Assembly (NCBI GenBank): GCA_947448695.1
Contig: CANFOL010000005.1
Span: 1-32,000, forward strand
Origin: Burkholderiaceae bacterium
GTDB lineage: Bacteria; Pseudomonadota; Gammaproteobacteria; Burkholderiales; Burkholderiaceae
DNA: 32,000 bases
Reading direction: 5' to 3'
Shown here in pieces: positions 26,555 through 32,000 of the stretch (its first letter is position 1; each line of letters begins with the position of its first letter). A program made the position numbers and the translations under genes. A model generated the notes under the pieces. The model was not told where the DNA came from. It searched no databases and saw nothing but the letters and a program-made list of their open reading frames with translations.

Positions 26555-26584
26555 AGTTACACCCTAGCGATCCAGGGTGTAACT
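26555..26584 (-). terminator. Intercistronic pstS-pstC hairpin (partial terminator or mRNA stabiliser)
   Basis: Perfect 11-bp stem AGTTACACCCT / AGGGTGTAACT with an 8-nt loop, 9 nt after the pstS stop. No immediate U-tract. Confidence 0.5.
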
Positions 26585-26592
26585 ACTATCAA

Positions 26593-27627
26593 TTACTTAG
26601 AGATTTGGCTCCAAACATTCTTGGAAATCATATCGGTTACTGACTTAGGCAATGGAACATACTCTAACTCAGTAGCAATCTTGTCACCGTCTTTGAATGC
26701 CCACTCAAAGAACTTTAGTGCTTCGTTAGATTTTTCTTTGTTTACTGGATTCTTGTACATAAGGATGAAAGACGCGGCAGCGATTGGCCATGAAGTAGCG
26801 CCAGGCTGATTTGTCATGGAGATACCCATTCCAGGAACTGAAGACCAGTTCGCCCCAGAAGCAGCGGCTTTAAATGAATCCATACTTGGTGAAACATATT
26901 TACCATCAGCATTTTTTAATTGCAATGTTGTCATTTTGTTCAGCTTTGCGTAAGCAAACTCAACGTAACCAATTGAACCTTTAACACGAGTTACGTTCGC
27001 TGAAACACCTTCATTACCTTTACCACCGACATTTGAATCAGCTGGCCACTTTACAGTAGCACCTTGGCCAACGCTATCAGCCCATGCTTTACTGACTTTA
27101 GATAAATAATCAGTAAACACTGCAGTTGTTCCTGAACCATCTGAACGAGTTACAACTGTGATTGCTTGATTCGGTAATTTTTTCCCTGGATTAACTGACG
27201 CAATTTGTGGTGCGTTCCAATTCGTAATATCACCTCTAAATACAGCAGCCAATATGTCACCGTCCATTTTTAATTCGCCAGGAGCAAAACCAGGTAAATT
27301 AACAACAGCAACCACACCACCAATAACTGCAGGGAATTGAACCATGCCGTCTTTATCTAAATCAGCCCCTTTTAAAGGATTGTCAGTTGCACCAAAATCA
27401 ACTGTTTTTTCACGGATTTGCTTGATACCACCTGAAGAACCAATTGAAGCGTAGTTCACTTTGTTCTTTGTAATTTTTTGATATTCTTCAGCCCATTTTG
27501 AATAAACTGGAGCTGGGAACGAAGCACCTGCACCTGTAATATCAATGGCCATTGCATTGATTGAAGAAGTTACCAATGCTCCAACTAAAGCTAATTTAAC
27601 AAATTTATTTCGCATTTTCATCCTCAT
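26593..27627 (-). CDS. pstS: Periplasmic phosphate-binding protein
   Basis: Signal peptide followed by TGAGASFPAPVYSKWA. The likeliest start is the ATG at 27615 (GAGGA 5 nt upstream); the ORF is open to 27627. Confidence 0.93.
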   Translation of the reverse strand: MRMKMRNKFVKLALVGALVTSSINAMAIDITGAGASFPAPVYSKWAEEYQKITKNKVNYASIGSSGGIKQIREKTVDFGATDNPLKGADLDKDGMVQFPAVIGGVVAVVNLPGFAPGELKMDGDILAAVFRGDITNWNAPQIASVNPGKKLPNQAITVVTRSDGSGTTAVFTDYLSKVSKAWADSVGQGATVKWPADSNVGGKGNEGVSANVTRVKGSIGYVEFAYAKLNKMTTLQLKNADGKYVSPSMDSFKAAASGANWSSVPGMGISMTNQPGATSWPIAAASFILMYKNPVNKEKSNEALKFFEWAFKDGDKIATELEYVPLPKSVTDMISKNVWSQISK

Positions 27628-27670
27628 TGATTAAAAGTCATATGACTTGTTATTACTTTAATACTCTAAT

Positions 27671-27688
27671 GTGAGGGAAATATGACAG
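27671..27688 (-). promoter_or_regulatory. Pho box of the pst operon promoter
   Basis: The minus strand reads CTGTCAT-ATTT-CCCTCAC, then 10 nt, then TAAAGT as the -10. Confidence 0.5.
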
Positions 27689-27742
27689 ATTCATGAATTG
27701 TCATATTATTAAAATAAATTGATCAAAAACCAACTAAATGCA

Positions 27743-29086
27743 TTAATTGACCGGAATTTGCTTAGCAATTTTCTCTGCAAAAGATGTTGCAATATCCGAG
27801 GTTTTTGCTTCAACCATCACCCGTAAAACAGGCTCAGTACCTGATGCTCTTACCAAAACCCGGCCATTTGCACCTAAATCATTGATCACTTCCTGCTGAA
27901 TTTGTTGTAAATGTTGATCACTTTGCCAGTCATAGGGTTTTTTATAACGTACATTGATTAATATCTGAGGGTACATCTGCACATTCGACAATCTTTCGCG
28001 TATTCCCTTACCGCTGCGACGAATCGTGGCTAAAACCTGCAAAGCAGCAACAATACCATCTCCAGTGGTATGCTTATCCAAGAAAATAAGATGCCCAGAA
28101 CTCTCGCCACCCATCATCCAATCATGCTGTTTTAGTTTTTCTAAAACATAACGATCACCAACTGAAGCTCTTTCAAAAGGCACCCCTAGTTCCTGAAAAG
28201 CTTTTTCAACCGCAATGTTAGTCATCAGAGTTCCTACTGCCCCACGAACTTCTTTACCAGACTCAATGCGATCTTTGGCTACTAAATACAGTAATTCGTC
28301 GCCATTGAATAAATTACCCTGTGCATCAACCATCTGCAGGCGATCCGCATCTCCATCAAGAGCAATACCATAATCAGCTCCAGAGGCTTTGACTTCAGAA
28401 ACACAAGCTTGCGGTGCTGTTGCACCAACACCATCATTGATATTCATGCCATTAGGTTGATTACCAATCGCTATAACCTCTGCTCCTAACTCATGAAAAA
28501 CATTGGGGGCAATATGGTACGCAGCCCCATGCGCACAATCCACCACCAGCTTCAAGCCATGTAAGTCAAATTGATTCGGGAACGTACTTTTACAAAATTC
28601 AATATAACGGCCAGCAGCATCATCTAGTCGACGAACCTTACCCATCTCCATGGATGAAGCGCATTTAAATGGCTCTTCAAGCATCGCCTCAATTTGATTT
28701 TCAATTGCATCAGGCAACTTATCACCGTCGGCTGAGAAAAATTTAATCCCATTATCTTGATAAGGGTTGTGCGATGCAGAAATAACTACGCCTGCGGATA
28801 AGCGCAAAGCTCTAGTCAAATAAGCAACCCCGGGTGTTGGTATAGGGCCGCATAAAACAACATCAACGCCTGCAGCTGTAAATCCAGCCTCTAGAGCAGA
28901 CTCCAACATATATCCTGAAATACGAGTATCTTTGCCAATGAGTACAGTGGTTCGGCCATGCCCTCCACCGAGATGGGTAAAGACTTTTCCTGCAGCATAA
29001 CCTAAACGCATCACAAAGTCGGGAGTGATTGGAGCTAATCCTACTTCACCACGAATGCCATCAGTACCGAAATATTTTCTGTTCAT
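27743..29086 (-). CDS. glmM: Phosphoglucosamine mutase
   Basis: [13 protein letters not shown] start, active-site SASHNP, and the GDGDADR metal loop. Confidence 0.95.
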   Translation of the reverse strand: MNRKYFGTDGIRGEVGLAPITPDFVMRLGYAAGKVFTHLGGGHGRTTVLIGKDTRISGYMLESALEAGFTAAGVDVVLCGPIPTPGVAYLTRALRLSAGVVISASHNPYQDNGIKFFSADGDKLPDAIENQIEAMLEEPFKCASSMEMGKVRRLDDAAGRYIEFCKSTFPNQFDLHGLKLVVDCAHGAAYHIAPNVFHELGAEVIAIGNQPNGMNINDGVGATAPQACVSEVKASGADYGIALDGDADRLQMVDAQGNLFNGDELLYLVAKDRIESGKEVRGAVGTLMTNIAVEKAFQELGVPFERASVGDRYVLEKLKQHDWMMGGESSGHLIFLDKHTTGDGIVAALQVLATIRRSGKGIRERLSNVQMYPQILINVRYKKPYDWQSDQHLQQIQQEVINDLGANGRVLVRASGTEPVLRVMVEAKTSDIATSFAEKIAKQIPVN

Positions 29087-29105
29087 TGTTAGATTTTAGT
29101 ATGAA

Positions 29106-29978
29106 TTAAGATAAGTTCTCTAGACGCATCGCAGTCCACACTTGAATTGCTTCAACAGTAGGTTTCACATCATGCACGCGGAGTACTTTAGCCCCTCTTT
29201 CTACAGCCAATAAGGCCGCGGCCACACTCGCTGTAGTGAGGTCATTGACTTGATCACCCAATATTTTTCTTAAGGTTTTTTTTCTGGATAGGCCTACTAG
29301 CAAAGTAGTGCCGCTCAAGGGTAATTCAGCTAACCGATTCAAGAGGGTTAAATTATGTTGCGTAGTTTTCCCAAACCCAAACCCAGGATCAAGCGCAATT
29401 CTTTCTGACGTGATTCCTAAGCTTGATAATTGATGTACTTTTTCATTTAAGAACTGTCCCACTTCTAGAATGACGTTTTCATAATGGGCCTGCTCCTGCA
29501 TATTTTGCGGTGTGTTTTGCATATGCATAATACAAAGTCCAACATCTTTTGAAGCTGCGGCCACAGCAAGGTTCATTTCATCCCGAAATCCACTAATATC
29601 ATTTAATACATCGACTCCAATATCTAAAGCATATTGCATAGTTTGTGCTTTATAAGAATCAAGTGACAAAGCGACGCCTGCAGATTGAAGTTTTTCTAAT
29701 ATGGGTAAAATTCGATCCTGCTCTTCTTCAGCACTAACAGGAATTGCTCCAGGCTTGGTTGACTCGCCACCTAAATCAATTATTTTTGCGCCATCTTCAA
29801 TCATTTGATAGGCATGGTCAAGGGCCCTAGATGGATCAAAATACTGACCACCATCGGAGAATGAGTCTGGGGTTACATTTAAAATCCCCATAACTATTGG
29901 TGATGACAATACACCCCAATCAAAATAAAAACGCCCACAGCGCCATGCTGTGGGCCTCATTACACTCAAATCAATCAT
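29106..29978 (-). CDS. folP: Dihydropteroate synthase
   Basis: GILNVTPDSFSDGG and DLGGESTKPG motifs. Its start overlaps the ftsH stop by 1 nt (TAATG). Confidence 0.93.
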   Translation of the reverse strand: MIDLSVMRPTAWRCGRFYFDWGVLSSPIVMGILNVTPDSFSDGGQYFDPSRALDHAYQMIEDGAKIIDLGGESTKPGAIPVSAEEEQDRILPILEKLQSAGVALSLDSYKAQTMQYALDIGVDVLNDISGFRDEMNLAVAAASKDVGLCIMHMQNTPQNMQEQAHYENVILEVGQFLNEKVHQLSSLGITSERIALDPGFGFGKTTQHNLTLLNRLAELPLSGTTLLVGLSRKKTLRKILGDQVNDLTTASVAAALLAVERGAKVLRVHDVKPTVEAIQVWTAMRLENLS

Positions 29979-31858
29979 TAAACAGTTGCAGGCGCACTAC
30001 CTTGGCTAGGTGTTGGCGAGTTACTATCTCCACCAGTCGTATTAACTGGATCTGCTACCTTTGGAGGGCGCGGAGGATTACCCGCCATGATGTCGTTGAC
30101 CTGATCTGCATCGATCGTCTCCCACTCCAATAAGGCAACTACCATAGCGTCTACTTTGTCACGATTCGTTTCAAGTAAGTGTTTTGCTAATGCATACTGT
30201 GTATCAACTAATGAACGTATTTCAGCATCTACTTTTTGTTGAGTTGCTTCAGATACCGTTTTCGAGTTCATACGCCCAAAAACACTCTCGGATTCCGTAT
30301 CCACATAAACCATCGTACCCAATGATTCGCTCATACCGTACCTTGTAACCATATCACGAGCCATTTTAGTCGCTCGTTCAAAGTCGTTGGAAGCACCCGT
30401 ACTCATAGAGTTCAAGAAAACTTCTTCAGCAGCTCGTCCGCCAAAAAGAATAGCTAAATCCTCCAACATACGATCTTTATATAAATTGACACGATCAAAC
30501 TCTGGAAGTTGCCACGTTACCCCTAATGCCATACCACGAGGCATGATGGTCACTTTATGAACAGGGTCAGCCTTGGGCAATAATTTAGCTACCACAGCAT
30601 GTCCAGACTCATGGTACGCCGTATTACGTCTTTCATCTTCACGCATAACGGCAGACTTTCTTTCTGGACCCATATAGATTTTATCTTTTGCATCCTCAAA
30701 GTCACTCATATCCACAGCACGCTTATTTCTTCTTGCCGCAAAGAGCGCAGCTTCATTAACTAAATTAGCTAAATCCGCTCCAGAAAACCCTGGTGTACCA
30801 CGGGCTAGGACTGCTGCATCAACATCCGCATGAATAGGAACCTTGCGCATATGCACTTTAATAATCTGTTCACGACCACGAATGTCAGGCAGTCCAACAA
30901 AAACTTGACGATCAAAACGGCCTGGTCTTAACAAAGCTTTATCAAGCACATCTGAGCGATTTGTCGCAGCAATCACAATCACACCACTATTTGCTTCAAA
31001 TCCATCCATTTCAACCAACATCTGATTTAATGTCTGTTCTCTTTCATCATTGCCACCACCTGTGCCTGCACCACGATGACGACCAACAGCATCAATCTCA
31101 TCAATAAAGATAATACAAGGAGCTTGTTTTTTGGCATTTTCAAACATGTCGCGGACGCGAGCAGCACCAACCCCCACAAACATTTCCACAAAATCAGATC
31201 CAGAAATAGAAAAGAAAGGAACCTTAGCTTCGCCAGCAATAGCCCTTGCTAATAAAGTCTTACCAGTTCCAGGAGGGCCTACCAACAAAATACCTCGCGG
31301 AATTCGACCACCCAGTTTTTGAAATTTAGACGGATCTTTTAAAAAATCAACTAATTCTGCAACTTCTGATTTTGCCTCGTCACATCCTGCAACGTCGCCA
31401 AAATTTACTGAATTACTGTTTTCGTCAATCAATCTAGCTTTAGACTTACCAAAAGAAAAGGCTCCACCTTTTCCCCCACCTTGCATTTGGCGCATCATAA
31501 AGAACCAGAAGCCAATAATTAATATAGTCGGACCAAGATAATAAAGAGCTGATACGAGGACATTAGGCTCATCCTCTGCTTTACCTGTGACTTGCACACC
31601 AAACTTCATTAAGTCACCAACCATCCAAATATCACCGGGTGAAATAATGTTGTAGCGGTTACCGTCTATCGCAGTAACCTGCAAAGTTCGTCCTTGCACA
31701 TCAACGCGTCTGACCTTCCCAGCTTTGGCATCATCCATAAACTGAGAGTAAGTGACTTGATTTTGCGAACTAGTCTTGTCAAATTGCTTAAAAAAGGTAA
31801 AAACAACTAGTGCCACAATCAGCCAAATGCCGACTTTTTGCATCGTTTGATTATTCAA
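29978..31858 (-). CDS. ftsH: ATP-dependent zinc metalloprotease FtsH
   Basis: [16 protein letters not shown], and the SRH region. HESGHA zinc site and N-terminal TM segments. Confidence 0.97.
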   Translation of the reverse strand: MNNQTMQKVGIWLIVALVVFTFFKQFDKTSSQNQVTYSQFMDDAKAGKVRRVDVQGRTLQVTAIDGNRYNIISPGDIWMVGDLMKFGVQVTGKAEDEPNVLVSALYYLGPTILIIGFWFFMMRQMQGGGKGGAFSFGKSKARLIDENSNSVNFGDVAGCDEAKSEVAELVDFLKDPSKFQKLGGRIPRGILLVGPPGTGKTLLARAIAGEAKVPFFSISGSDFVEMFVGVGAARVRDMFENAKKQAPCIIFIDEIDAVGRHRGAGTGGGNDEREQTLNQMLVEMDGFEANSGVIVIAATNRSDVLDKALLRPGRFDRQVFVGLPDIRGREQIIKVHMRKVPIHADVDAAVLARGTPGFSGADLANLVNEAALFAARRNKRAVDMSDFEDAKDKIYMGPERKSAVMREDERRNTAYHESGHAVVAKLLPKADPVHKVTIMPRGMALGVTWQLPEFDRVNLYKDRMLEDLAILFGGRAAEEVFLNSMSTGASNDFERATKMARDMVTRYGMSESLGTMVYVDTESESVFGRMNSKTVSEATQQKVDAEIRSLVDTQYALAKHLLETNRDKVDAMVVALLEWETIDADQVNDIMAGNPPRPPKVADPVNTTGGDSNSPTPSQGSAPATV

Positions 31859-32000
31859 AATAGCTCCAAAATCCGAATTATTCGGTACATATAGTGTAAA
31901 TAATTCTACTACCCCTTACTTTCAAGTGCTCATGTGAAAATAAATATCTTTCATTCTTCACTCTTTTAAACCATTTGTCAATAAATACAATAGCTTAGAT

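Noticed and set aside
13449-31322. Short ORFs embedded in core genes: 13449-13658, 15854-16066, 16063-16326, 16614-16844, 16696-16926, 17932-18204, 19048-19251, 21565-21909, 24391-24636, 25197-25520, 25692-26015, 25741-25944, 26438-26809, 29897-30133, 31027-31239, 31131-31322.
   Set aside because: All lie antisense or out of frame within strongly supported conserved genes (plsC-like, dgkA, olsB-like, ppx, ppk, phoR, pstB, pstA, pstC, pstS, folP, ftsH).
1-32000. CRISPR arrays, rRNA genes, long tandem repeats and long terminal inverted repeats.
   Set aside because: None seen on reading the sequence. The only repeats are the short motifs and hairpins listed above.

Overview
The window splits at about 12.67 kb.

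LEFT (1-12667): an AT-rich, mosaic genomic island that ends exactly at the 3' end of a minus-strand tRNA-Arg(UCU) gene.
- It carries three apparently intact tyrosine recombinases (188, 343 and 407 aa).
- It has a clamp-loader-clade AAA+ ATPase operon.
- It has a 536-aa zinc-ribbon / Vsr-like nuclease with five internal repeats.
- It has a stand-alone sigma-70 region-4 mini-protein.
- It has a PD-(D/E)XK + DUF4268-type protein behind a small membrane protein, a short IS-like remnant, and several proteins I cannot name.
- The largest ORF-free gap in the window (3393-4252) lies beside the truncated-looking 188-aa recombinase. Its GC-richer half holds nested hairpins and a phased CTTTCGCT motif. 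I consider this the best candidate for something undescribed (a structured RNA or a recombinase or regulatory site array), but I cannot assign a function from sequence alone.

RIGHT (12668-32000): conserved chromosomal core.
- Genes in order: tRNA-Arg, tRNA-Pro, a PlsC-family acyltransferase, a PlcP-like metallophosphoesterase translationally coupled to a GT4 glycosyltransferase, dgkA, an OlsB-like N-acyltransferase, ppx, ppk1, phoR-phoB-phoU-pstBACS, glmM, folP and ftsH.
- Together this is a roughly 14-kb phosphate-stress neighbourhood (polyphosphate, Pi uptake and regulation, and phosphorus-free lipid remodelling) with Pho-box-like sites.

Gene order and protein sequences suggest a low-GC betaproteobacterium (Burkholderiales, Polynucleobacter-like). 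That is inference only. No searches or folding programs were run. All family calls come from motifs read in the translations.
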